The notes under the pieces: generated by a model
The model's database searches: none
What the model was told of the DNA's origin: nothing
The model's input: the letters and a program-made list of their open reading frames with translations, nothing else
NCBI GenBank assembly: GCA_043810775.1
Contig: JBDRNU010000026.1
Span: forward strand, 1-64,000
Source: an archaeon
Lineage (GTDB): Archaea > Nanobdellota > Nanobdellia > Pacearchaeales > GW2011-AR1
Direction: 5' to 3'
DNA length: 64,000 bases
Part shown: one piece after another, positions 47,184 through 56,570 of the stretch
Position numbering within the stretch: the stretch's first letter is position 1
Layout of the letters: the number at the start of each line of letters is the position of its first letter
Translations under genes and position numbers: made by a program

Positions 47184-47744
47184 ATGGCAAAAAAAGCGTA
47201 TGATTTTATAAAAGAAAACTTAAGGGTAGGTTTAAGGGAAAAAATGATAGCCTGGCGAGCTGGAGATTCTATAACAAGAATAGACAAGCCAACTGATATA
47301 GGTAGGGCTAGAAATCTTGGATATAAAGCTAAAAAAGGATTTGCAATAGTGCGGATAAAACTAAGAAGAGGTGGCCATAAAAGGTCTCGTCCTAATAAAG
47401 GAAGAAGGTCAAAAAGGCTCTCAATTAGAAAAAATCTAAAAATGAATTATCAATGGATTGCTGAACAAAGAGCAGCTAAAAAATTTAGCAACCTGGAAGT
47501 TTTAAATTCATACAAAATCGGAAAAGATGGAATGCACTACTTTTTTGAAATTATAATGATAGATCCGTCTAGACCAGAAATAAAAGCAGACAAAAACCTT
47601 TCATGGATATCCAAGCCTGCTAACACAAAACGTGTATTTCGTGGACTTACTTCAGCTGGCAAAAAATCCAGGGGTTTGAGAAGCAAGTCTCGCAATCTAA
47701 AAGTCAGGCCAAGCCTAACCGCCTGGGGCCATAAAGGCAAGTAA
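47184..47744 (+). CDS. rpl15e: 50S ribosomal protein L15e
   Basis: ARNLGYKAKKG, NLEVLNSY, RGLTSAGKKSRGL. Confidence 0.97.
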   Translation: MAKKAYDFIKENLRVGLREKMIAWRAGDSITRIDKPTDIGRARNLGYKAKKGFAIVRIKLRRGGHKRSRPNKGRRSKRLSIRKNLKMNYQWIAEQRAAKKFSNLEVLNSYKIGKDGMHYFFEIIMIDPSRPEIKADKNLSWISKPANTKRVFRGLTSAGKKSRGLRSKSRNLKVRPSLTAWGHKGK

Positions 47745-47792
47745 ATTCTAGAATATACAAATTATTTTAAATATAAGTTTCTAAAAAATAAA

Positions 47793-48254
47793 ATGACAGA
47801 TTTTACTCAACTAAAAAGATATTCTTCCTGGAGAGGCATAAAAAGTTTTCAAGACATAAAAAACCTGTATTATTCAAAACAAGCCAGAAGACATGCATAT
47901 AGTTTTAATTTTGATGAAGCTGTAAAATATGTTTCAAAAACTTCACCCCCAGAATTTCAAGAACAACTAACTCTCGCCATTTTACTTGGAGTTTCAGTAA
48001 GGACAATTATGATACAAAGAGGAAAACCAGGAGATAATGCACTTTTATTTAAAATTATGAGGAATAAAGAAGATTATGACAGAGATACAGAACTAGCAGG
48101 AAATTCTAGCCCTGAAAGAATTACACTGCATGTAGATAAGGATTTTGCAGAAATTCAGGGAATTGAAAAAATAGTAAGCAAAGTTATCCCCCTAGATAAT
48201 CCTTTGCTTCAGCACTATCAAAGATTAAAAGAGAAAAGTGGGCAAGTAAAATAA
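47793..48254 (+). CDS. Hypothetical protein (ORFan)
   Basis: 153 aa; its upstream region is duplicated downstream. Confidence 0.6.
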   Translation: MTDFTQLKRYSSWRGIKSFQDIKNLYYSKQARRHAYSFNFDEAVKYVSKTSPPEFQEQLTLAILLGVSVRTIMIQRGKPGDNALLFKIMRNKEDYDRDTELAGNSSPERITLHVDKDFAEIQGIEKIVSKVIPLDNPLLQHYQRLKEKSGQVK

Positions 48255-48302
48255 ATTCTACAATACACAAATTATTATAAAGCAGAAAAAAGTAAAATAA
48301 AA

Positions 48303-48725
48303 ATGACAGCATTGAAGCCAGGAAAATTATATAATATAACAGGCAAACGAAGAATTATACATTATAGGGAAGAAGATTGTTACAATTACATAATCAATGG
48401 TTGCTTGTATGTAAGAGAAGAAGAATTAAACTGTGAAGTCACAGAAAATACTGGAAAATGGAATGTATTCTTTCATCCAAATCCTATTCAAAGGCTAAGA
48501 TTTCAGCCTCACTCACTAATTTCACAAGATTCCAATATTCTAACAGTTCGCGAATTCGTGGAAAGAGATTTAATGACAGACAACACCACTGGAAAATACA
48601 ACTTTGAAAATCCTGAAATAATCTCCTTCCTTAAAGAATCAAGAAAACTCGCTGAAAATTTGCAAGAACCAAGAGAAAAATCTAGATTCCTAAGAGCACT
48701 AGACACACTTTTAGGTAAGCCTTAA
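48303..48725 (+). CDS. Hypothetical protein (ORFan)
   Basis: 140 aa; shares upstream sequence with 47793-48254. Confidence 0.6.
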   Translation: MTALKPGKLYNITGKRRIIHYREEDCYNYIINGCLYVREEELNCEVTENTGKWNVFFHPNPIQRLRFQPHSLISQDSNILTVREFVERDLMTDNTTGKYNFENPEIISFLKESRKLAENLQEPREKSRFLRALDTLLGKP

Positions 48726-48764
48726 AAACTTCTTTTTCTTATTATCTAAAAGGAAAAAACTAAC

Positions 48765-50447
48765 ATGCTCTATTCAGAACTCTGCAAGGTATATCAAGAA
48801 CTTGAAGCCACATCAAAGCGGTTGGAAAAGACAGAAGTTCTAGTTAATTTTCTAGGCAAGCTCAAGAATGAAACACCTGAAATAATCTATCTTCTAAAAG
48901 GAAGAATATTTCCAGACTATGAAGAAAAAGAAACAGGAATCTCTGAACAGCTAGTAATCAAAGCCCTGTCAAAATCCTCTGGAATTTCAGCTCTGGAAAT
49001 AACAAAAGAATGGAAAAAACTAGGAGATTTAGGCTTAGTAGCAGAATCAGTAATTAATAAAAAAAAGCAAAGAAGTCTTGACTCAAAATTACTAACAGTT
49101 GACAAAGTTCTTTATAATTTAAAAAAACTCCCTGAACTTGTGGGAAAAGGAACAGTTGAAAAAAAGTTGTCCTTAATTTCTGAATTATTAACTTCTGCTT
49201 CAACCATAGAAGCCCGCTATATTATCAGAACTCTTCTTGGAGATTTAAGAGTAGGTGTAGGTGATGGAGTTCTAAGAGATTCAATTACTCTTACGTTTCT
49301 TGAAAAAACAAAAGAAAATCTTGACCTTGTGCAATCAGCATATGATAAAACAACTGATTTCGCACTAGTATTTGAAAAAGCTCGCAAAGGAAAAAAAGAG
49401 CTTGAAAAAGTTGAGCTAACTCCAGGAGTGCCAGTAAAAGTTATGCTTTTCCTTAAAGCAAAAGATATAGAAGATGCATTTAAAATAGTGGGAAAACCCG
49501 CCGCCTTTGAGTATAAGTATGATGGATTTAGGATGATGATTAATAAAAATAAAGATGATATAAAAATATTTACAAGAAGGCTAGATGAAGTTACAAAACA
49601 ATTCCCTGAAGTAGTAAGCTATGTCCAAAAATATGTAAAAGGAGATTCATTTATTCTTGATGCAGAAGCAGTAGGCTTCTCACCCACACAAAAAAAATAT
49701 CGCCCTTTCCAAGAGATAAGTCAAAGAATAAAAAGAAAATATGATATAGAATTGATATCTAATAAGCTGCCTATTGAAATTAATATTTTTGATATAATTT
49801 ACTATAGTAATAAATCCCTGATTCTAACACCATTTAAAGATAGACGGAAGATACTTGAAAAAATAGTAAAAGGAAAAAAATGGCAGCTAGTTCTCGCCAA
49901 GCAAATAATAACTGAAAAATCAGAAGAAGCAGAAAAGTTTTATCAGCAAGCCTTAAATGAAGGTGAAGAAGGAATAATGGTTAAAAACCTGCAAGCCCCT
50001 TACAAACCAGGAGCCAGAGTAGGTTATGCTGTAAAAATCAAGCCAGAAGATAATGAACTTGATTTAGTTATTGTAAAAGCAGAATATGGAACAGGAAAAA
50101 GGGCAGGATGGCTCACATCATATACTGTAGCATGCCAAGATTCAGACAATAATTTACTTGAAATAGGAAAAGTTTCAACAGGGTTAAAAGAAAAAGAATC
50201 CCAGGGTTTAAGTTTCATGGAGATTACTAAAAAACTTAAGCCCCTGATTGAAAAAGAATCAGGAAGAGAAGTGATTATCAAGCCAAAGCTAGTAGTTACA
50301 GTTACCTACCAAAATATACAAAAATCCCCAAAATACGCTTCAGGATATGCTCTAAGATTTCCAAGATTCACAAGAATTAGGCTTGACCGGGGAATTCATG
50401 ATATAGCTTTTCTTAATGAGATAAAAAGAGAGCACACTCAAAGATAA
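48765..50447 (+). CDS. lig: ATP-dependent DNA ligase
   Basis: EYKYDG, EGIMVK, DLVI, LRFPRF. Confidence 0.97.
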   Translation: MLYSELCKVYQELEATSKRLEKTEVLVNFLGKLKNETPEIIYLLKGRIFPDYEEKETGISEQLVIKALSKSSGISALEITKEWKKLGDLGLVAESVINKKKQRSLDSKLLTVDKVLYNLKKLPELVGKGTVEKKLSLISELLTSASTIEARYIIRTLLGDLRVGVGDGVLRDSITLTFLEKTKENLDLVQSAYDKTTDFALVFEKARKGKKELEKVELTPGVPVKVMLFLKAKDIEDAFKIVGKPAAFEYKYDGFRMMINKNKDDIKIFTRRLDEVTKQFPEVVSYVQKYVKGDSFILDAEAVGFSPTQKKYRPFQEISQRIKRKYDIELISNKLPIEINIFDIIYYSNKSLILTPFKDRRKILEKIVKGKKWQLVLAKQIITEKSEEAEKFYQQALNEGEEGIMVKNLQAPYKPGARVGYAVKIKPEDNELDLVIVKAEYGTGKRAGWLTSYTVACQDSDNNLLEIGKVSTGLKEKESQGLSFMEITKKLKPLIEKESGREVIIKPKLVVTVTYQNIQKSPKYASGYALRFPRFTRIRLDRGIHDIAFLNEIKREHTQR

Positions 50448-50501
50448 ACATTTAAAAATTAATAATACCTCTAACTTTTAACAAAAGTTTAATTTGTTAA
50501 C

Positions 50502-52277
50502 ATGGAAACAAAAAGGGTGAGTTTATTGCTGGTTGCTGTCATATTATTACTTGCACTAACACTAGTTGCATTTCTCTCAATTAAAAAAGATAAAAATATT
50601 CTGCTTTCACCAGAAGAAGATATGAACATTTCTGGGAGTACTGAAGAAAATAATATTGAGAATATTACAGAAACTGGAAATGAAAGCTCAGAATATAATA
50701 CTTCTAGTGATGAAGAAATTATAGGATTTTCACCCGGAAGCAACTGCACAGACTCTGATTTGGGCAAAAACTATTATTTAAGAGGGCAGATAATATTCTC
50801 TCCACAAACAGGAAATAATATTTCTTATAATGATTCTTGTGAAGATTACAACCTCCTAAAAGAATACTATTGTAATGAAACTAATGATATTGAGAATGAA
50901 CAGTACAACTGTAATATAAGTTGCTTAAATGGGGCCTGTGAAAGCCTAAACATCTGCATAGATACAGACTTCGGAGCAAACTACAATGAAAAAGGAACAA
51001 CTTTTGGCAGAAATATAAGTTCTCCCTTGAATAATATAACTGCAGAAGACTACTGTTCTGGAGATGACCTTATAGAATATTTCTGTCGTGGAAGCTATAT
51101 AGATAGCGAGATATATGAATGCTCAAACTCCTGTATCAATGGAGCATGCAACTCTTCTAATTGCGCCCCCTCGTGGACTCAAACAAATACCACTTGCAAG
51201 TCAAACAATCGCTTAGAAATTTACTTCACAGATTCAAACTCTTGCAGCCAAACTCCTCCAGCAAATCAAACAGCACACTGTGATTATGATGGAAACGGAT
51301 TAATTGGAAACCTTTCTTCATTTTCATCTTCCAATATATACCTAAGTGTATATATTAATGGTTCTCAAAACTCAACACAGCAATACACAGGAACCTTCAA
51401 AGTAGAATTTAAAGACGGAAATGATGCAATTATTGAATTTGACTGGAATTTTGCCAGCCCACTTGACTTTGAAGATATTTATATTGAAAAACAAGGCTCT
51501 TCATCAAGCCAGGGATATTTGCTAATTAAAAAAATTAGTGCAAATAAAAAAGTATCAGTTGATAAAAAAAGTAGCTCAAGTAACTCAGTTTGCGTAAAAA
51601 AAGCTGAAGTTAACTCAACATCAGATATTACTTCAAACTGCAACGGAACTAATGAAGTCCTAGTTGCCTGTCCTGGAGCAAATTCAGGAATATCTTGTTC
51701 ACCAAGCAGTACCGACTTTCTTGTTGAGGGAGTAACTAACTCACTAATAATAGAATATCTTGGCAACGCAACTCCAGCAGGAGGATGCTCTCCTAGTTGG
51801 GATTGTGAAGACTGGTCAGCTTGTGCCAACTCCTTGCAAACAAGAGTTTGTAACGACCTAAATTATTGCAACACTACCTCTCAAAAACCAGAAGAAAGCC
51901 AGATATGTGCCTCTGAATGCGAAGAAAACTGGGATTGTGAAGACTGGCCGTCAGACTGCCCAAAAAATAAAACTCTGACAAGAGCATGTAATGATTTAAA
52001 CAGTTGCGGAACTTCAAATGAAAAACCTCTAACATCAAAAAGCTGCGAACAAGGCTCTAATTTAGGATATATAGTATTAATAATTATTATTGCGTTGCTT
52101 GCAATTATAATTGCCCTTGCAATTATCTACTTGCTAAAAAAACAAAAAGAAGATTCTTCAGGAAATACTCTTTCTAAGTCCAGTCCTCCATTTGGACCTT
52201 TTTCTCCGCAAAACCGCCCAGTAAACCCTCCAATGCAAAGAACATTTCAGCCAAAACCCGGCATTTACAGAGTCTGA
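50502..52277 (+). CDS. Cys-rich surface protein with N- and C-terminal TMs
   Basis: C.D.D.G.NY..G repeats; W.C..W..C...R.C.D.N.C thrombospondin-like repeats. Confidence 0.85.
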   Translation: METKRVSLLLVAVILLLALTLVAFLSIKKDKNILLSPEEDMNISGSTEENNIENITETGNESSEYNTSSDEEIIGFSPGSNCTDSDLGKNYYLRGQIIFSPQTGNNISYNDSCEDYNLLKEYYCNETNDIENEQYNCNISCLNGACESLNICIDTDFGANYNEKGTTFGRNISSPLNNITAEDYCSGDDLIEYFCRGSYIDSEIYECSNSCINGACNSSNCAPSWTQTNTTCKSNNRLEIYFTDSNSCSQTPPANQTAHCDYDGNGLIGNLSSFSSSNIYLSVYINGSQNSTQQYTGTFKVEFKDGNDAIIEFDWNFASPLDFEDIYIEKQGSSSSQGYLLIKKISANKKVSVDKKSSSSNSVCVKKAEVNSTSDITSNCNGTNEVLVACPGANSGISCSPSSTDFLVEGVTNSLIIEYLGNATPAGGCSPSWDCEDWSACANSLQTRVCNDLNYCNTTSQKPEESQICASECEENWDCEDWPSDCPKNKTLTRACNDLNSCGTSNEKPLTSKSCEQGSNLGYIVLIIIIALLAIIIALAIIYLLKKQKEDSSGNTLSKSSPPFGPFSPQNRPVNPPMQRTFQPKPGIYRV

Positions 52278-52318
52278 TAAACACAATATTTTTAAACTGA
52301 AACACTAGAATAAATACA

Positions 52319-52675
52319 ATGACAATAGAAGATACAACAGAAGAAACTAGCGGCGAAAAAGTAAACTCTCACTGTAGAAATTGTGAAAAACCATTTCAGA
52401 ATGGAGATATGATTTCTTATAATTTTATAACTGGAGAAGCTTTTCATTATTTTCCACTAGAATTAATGAATCTCCCAGAATTTCATCATTTAATCAGAGC
52501 AGGACACAGGCCTTGTTCAGAACAATTTGAAAATGAAATGCCCCAAGTAGTCAAAGAAGGAGTCTTTCATAAAAGAAGAGTATTTGACCCCTCTCAAATT
52601 CGTTGTGCTAATATAACTTATAAGAAGGAAATGCTTGGAGTAGAATTTCCAGCTTATAAAAAAGATTTAAAATAA
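52319..52675 (+). CDS. Hypothetical protein, possible Zn-binding (ORFan)
   Basis: CRNC plus downstream H and C. Confidence 0.6.
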   Translation: MTIEDTTEETSGEKVNSHCRNCEKPFQNGDMISYNFITGEAFHYFPLELMNLPEFHHLIRAGHRPCSEQFENEMPQVVKEGVFHKRRVFDPSQIRCANITYKKEMLGVEFPAYKKDLK

Positions 52676-52699
52676 ATTAATTAATTTCTAATTGCATCA

Positions 52700-52734
52700 A
52701 CCGAAAGCTTTAAAAACACCGAAAGATTTAAAAA
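52700..52734 (+). promoter_or_regulatory. Tandem duplicated BRE-TATA elements upstream of tbp
   Basis: accgaaagctttaaaaa (52700-52716) and accgaaagatttaaaaa (52718-52734). Confidence 0.7.
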
Positions 52735-52762
52735 GAAACGAAATAACTTCTAAAAAACAAAA

Positions 52763-53314
52763 ATGGCTAAGGTTTCTTTAAAAGTGCAAAATATCGTCGC
52801 AACAACCTCTTTAGGCAAACCAGTGTCACTTACAAAACTAGCAAGAACTGAGTCTAATACAGAATATAACCCTGAACAGTTTCCAGGACTAGTTTTAAGG
52901 GTAAAAAAGCCAAAATCAGCAGTTCTAGTGTTCTCATCTGGAAATCTAGTATGTACAGGCACAAAAAGCATAGCTCAAGTAAAGCAAGTTATTGATTCTG
53001 TAATAAAACAACTTAGGAAAATTAATGTAAAAATAACAGATAAGCCTAAAATAAATGTGCAGAATATAGTTGCTTCTGGTAGCATTGATATGATGCTAAA
53101 CCTTAATGTCCTCGCTTTAGAGCTTGAAAATACAGAATACGAGCCAGAGCAGTTTCCAGGTCTGGTCTATAAGCTAGTAGACCCTACAGCAACCTTCTTG
53201 TTATTTAGCAATGGAAAGCTTGTATGCACTGGGACAAAGAACAGAAAACAGCTTGAGGAAAGCATAAAACAGCTTATTAAGAACGTAAAAGCAGTCTTAA
53301 AAAGGTTAAAGTAA
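52763..53314 (+). CDS. tbp: TATA-box-binding protein
   Basis: Two repeats NIVA...EY.PEQFPGL...F.SG/NG..VCTG. Confidence 0.98.
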   Translation: MAKVSLKVQNIVATTSLGKPVSLTKLARTESNTEYNPEQFPGLVLRVKKPKSAVLVFSSGNLVCTGTKSIAQVKQVIDSVIKQLRKINVKITDKPKINVQNIVASGSIDMMLNLNVLALELENTEYEPEQFPGLVYKLVDPTATFLLFSNGKLVCTGTKNRKQLEESIKQLIKNVKAVLKRLK

Positions 53315-53480
53315 TTTTTATTTTTCTTGTGTTTTCCACTTAAACATAGTAAGATAACTTAATAAATAACATGAAGTTAACATTCCCATAGACTTAAGGG
53401 AAAAGTATATTTTAACTTATAGAAATGAATAAAAACTCATCCATATACTGAGTTTTGTCAGGGGTGTAAAAAGGGTAAAA

Positions 53481-55496
53481 ATGGCCGATAAACCAAAAAC
53501 TGAAGATATGATACTAGAAGCTAAAAATTTCTTTGACTTTTACAAAAAAGAAATAGGCAAGTCAATTAGGTCTGGTAAAAATGTAATATATGTAAATTTC
53601 AATGAAATAGCAGAGTTTTCGCACTTATTGGCAGAACTCCTTCTTTCAAATCCAGAAGAAATCATAGGAGTATTAGAAACCTCACTAGAAGAATCAGGGC
53701 TTGTAGTGTCACCCAGAATAAGGCTGCTAGACCTTCCAGACTCACATTCAGAAAGAGTAAGGAATCTAAGAGCAAAGCACCTCAATAAGATAGTGCAAGT
53801 TGAAGGTATAGTGCGTCAAGCTTCTGAAGTTCGTCCACAAGTTGTAAATGCCAAATTTGAGTGCCCTTCTTGTGGAACAGTGCTTTCTATACTTCAAATT
53901 GAATCAAAATTCCGCGAGCCTACTCGCTGTTCTTGTGGAAGAAAGGGAAATTTTAAGTTAATGAGCAAAGATATGGTAGACGCACAAAGAATAGTAATAG
54001 AAGAAAACCCAGAAAGCCTTTTTGGAGGCGAACAGCCAAGAAGAATCTCTATTTTCCTAAAAGAAGATTTAGTTGAGCCAAAAATGGAAGAAAAAACAAC
54101 TCCTGGAAGCAGAATAAGAGTCATCGGAGTCTTAAAAGAAATTTCACGCCCAAGCCCAGCAGGAGGGACTCTAACAAGATATGATATAGCTATAGAAGCA
54201 AACAATCTAATCCCTTTAGAAGAAACTTTTGAAGAGCTGGATATCACTGAAGAAGATGAAAGACAAATTCAAGAACTAGCAGCAGACCCTAAAGTTTTTG
54301 TTAAGCTAGCTGAAAGCATAGCACCCTCAATTTATGGTTATGAAGAAATAAAACAAGCTCTGGTTCTTCAGCTTTTTGCAGGAGTAGGAAAACAGAGATC
54401 CGATTATACACACAGCAGAGGAGATATTCATGTCCTGCTAGTTGGAGACCCAGGAGTGGCAAAATCAGTCACTCTTAAATTCATATCTAGCATCGCACCA
54501 AAAGGAAGGTATGTAGTGGGAAAATCTGCTACTGGTGCTGGACTCACTGCAACAGTAGTAAGAGACGAGTTCTTAAGAGGCTGGAGTTTAGAAGCAGGAG
54601 CAATGGTTCTAAGCAATAAAGGAATAGTCTGCATAGATGAAATTGAAAAAATGGACCCTCAAGATAGAAGCGCAATGCATGAAGCAATGGAACAGCAAAC
54701 CGTTACTATATCAAAAGCTAATGTTCAAGCCACTTTAAGGGCAGAAACATCTGTACTAGCTGCAGGCAACCCAAAATTCGGAAGGTTTGACCCTTACCAA
54801 ACAGTTTCAAGCCAAATTGATATTCCCCCAACCCTTATTAACAGATTTGATGTTATATTTATTGTTAAAGACCTGCCAGACAGGGCAAAAGATGAGGCAA
54901 TAGCCTCACATGTTTTAATGGAGCACACACAAGAAGCTGTAAAAACCCTAATTGATAGGGAACTTTTCAAGAAATATGTTGCTTATGCAAAACAAAGATA
55001 TAAACCTAAATTATCTCAAGAAGCGGTAGATGAAATAAAAAAATTTTACGTTGACCTAAGATCAACCAGAGTCTCAGGCGACCAGCCAACAAAGCCTCTT
55101 CCAATTTCAGCTCGACAATTAGAAGCTCTAATTAGAATGTCAGAAGCTTCAGCAAAATCACGCCTTTCAAACAAAGTTACAAAAGAGGACTCTAAGCGTG
55201 CAATAAACTTAATGAAATATTATTTAATGCAAGTAGGTTACGATTATGAAACAAAAACTTTTGATATTGATAGAATAGCAACAGGCATCTCTACTTCACA
55301 AAGAGGAAGAATTATTCTAGTAAGAGAAACACTTTCAAGACTTGAAAATAGGCTTGGAAAGCTAATTCCTATAGAAGAAATCAAAAAAGAATTAGAAGGA
55401 AAAGTAGATGATAAAGAAATAGAAGATGCCCTAGATAAACTGACAATATCAGGGGATATATTTCATCCAAGGAGGGGATTTGTCCAAAGAACATGA
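53481..55496 (+). CDS. mcm: MCM replicative helicase
   Basis: Zn finger, GDPGVAKS, IDEIEKM, RFD, ISARQLE, C-terminal WH. Confidence 0.98.
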   Translation: MADKPKTEDMILEAKNFFDFYKKEIGKSIRSGKNVIYVNFNEIAEFSHLLAELLLSNPEEIIGVLETSLEESGLVVSPRIRLLDLPDSHSERVRNLRAKHLNKIVQVEGIVRQASEVRPQVVNAKFECPSCGTVLSILQIESKFREPTRCSCGRKGNFKLMSKDMVDAQRIVIEENPESLFGGEQPRRISIFLKEDLVEPKMEEKTTPGSRIRVIGVLKEISRPSPAGGTLTRYDIAIEANNLIPLEETFEELDITEEDERQIQELAADPKVFVKLAESIAPSIYGYEEIKQALVLQLFAGVGKQRSDYTHSRGDIHVLLVGDPGVAKSVTLKFISSIAPKGRYVVGKSATGAGLTATVVRDEFLRGWSLEAGAMVLSNKGIVCIDEIEKMDPQDRSAMHEAMEQQTVTISKANVQATLRAETSVLAAGNPKFGRFDPYQTVSSQIDIPPTLINRFDVIFIVKDLPDRAKDEAIASHVLMEHTQEAVKTLIDRELFKKYVAYAKQRYKPKLSQEAVDEIKKFYVDLRSTRVSGDQPTKPLPISARQLEALIRMSEASAKSRLSNKVTKEDSKRAINLMKYYLMQVGYDYETKTFDIDRIATGISTSQRGRIILVRETLSRLENRLGKLIPIEEIKKELEGKVDDKEIEDALDKLTISGDIFHPRRGFVQRT

Positions 55497-55966
55497 AACC
55501 TAAAAGAGAATTTATATCCACTATTTATATTATAAAAGAAGAAAAAGTTCTCCTAATTTGGAACAAAAAAGTAGGCTCATTTATACCCCTTGGAGGTCAT
55601 CTAGAAGAAGACGAACTCCCTTGTGAAGCAGCAATCAGAGAAGCAAAAGAGGAATCTGGGTTTGAAATTGAATTAATAAACACAGAAAAAAAAGAAATAA
55701 CATCTCCAACTGGTGCAAAAAGAGTCTTCCTACCACAAAACTTTATAATAGGGCTAGATGTAATAAAACCAGACCATCATCACATAAATATGGGTTATGT
55801 TGGTAAAATAATAAACGGCCAGCAACTGGAAAAATCAGATGAAAACACAGAACTAAGGTGGTTTTCTAAAGAAGAAATCACTAATAATTCAAAAATTTTT
55901 GATAATGTTAAATTAGAAGCAGAAAAAGCAATTAAACTAATGGAGGATTATAAAAATGACTGCTGA
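55493..55966 (+). CDS. NUDIX hydrolase
   Basis: GGHLEEDE....AAIREAKEESG Nudix box. Confidence 0.92.
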   Translation: MKPKREFISTIYIIKEEKVLLIWNKKVGSFIPLGGHLEEDELPCEAAIREAKEESGFEIELINTEKKEITSPTGAKRVFLPQNFIIGLDVIKPDHHHINMGYVGKIINGQQLEKSDENTELRWFSKEEITNNSKIFDNVKLEAEKAIKLMEDYKNDC

Positions 55967-56570
55967 AACAATAAAAAGACAGACAGCTTACAAAGTAAAA
56001 ATAGGTGATATAATTAATGGGAAGCAAATTATGGACGGAGAAAGATTTTCATATTTAGAACAAGAAAATAAAAGACTTGTAAGAATTAACTTAGTAGCTA
56101 ATGTAGTTGATAAATATGAGGCTCAAGGAGACAAAAAATATATTTCATTTACACTTGATGATGCTTCCGGACAAATTAGACTTAAGATTTTCGGAGATGA
56201 TGTCGATAGATTCAGAGACATAACCCAAGGTCATACAGTAATGGTGATTGGTTTAATAAGATTCTATAATGATGAGTTATACATAAATCCAGAAATAATA
56301 AAAATCCAGGATCCGCGTTATCTTTTAGTAAGAAAACTTGAATTAGAATCAAGCAAGCCCAAAGAGGTAAATAAAGAAGAGGTAAAAGAGATAAAAGATA
56401 AGATTATAGAAATGGTAAAAAGCTCAGATTCAACAGGAGGTTTGGAAACTGAAAAGCTTATTCTAGAATTAAAAGCCTCGCCTGATTTAATAAATTCAGA
56501 AATTCGAAAAATGCTTGAATCAGGAATGATATACGAGCCTCGCCCGGGAAAAATTAGATACCTAGGATAA
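55956..56570 (+). CDS. RPA32-like OB-fold ssDNA-binding protein
   Basis: LDDASG OB fold; C-terminal WH G.IYEPRPG. Confidence 0.85.
   Translation: MTAETIKRQTAYKVKIGDIINGKQIMDGERFSYLEQENKRLVRINLVANVVDKYEAQGDKKYISFTLDDASGQIRLKIFGDDVDRFRDITQGHTVMVIGLIRFYNDELYINPEIIKIQDPRYLLVRKLELESSKPKEVNKEEVKEIKDKIIEMVKSSDSTGGLETEKLILELKASPDLINSEIRKMLESGMIYEPRPGKIRYLG

Noticed and set aside
53315-53480. Replication origin upstream of mcm
   Set aside because: AT-rich with one hairpin, but no ORB-like repeats and no cdc6/orc1 nearby
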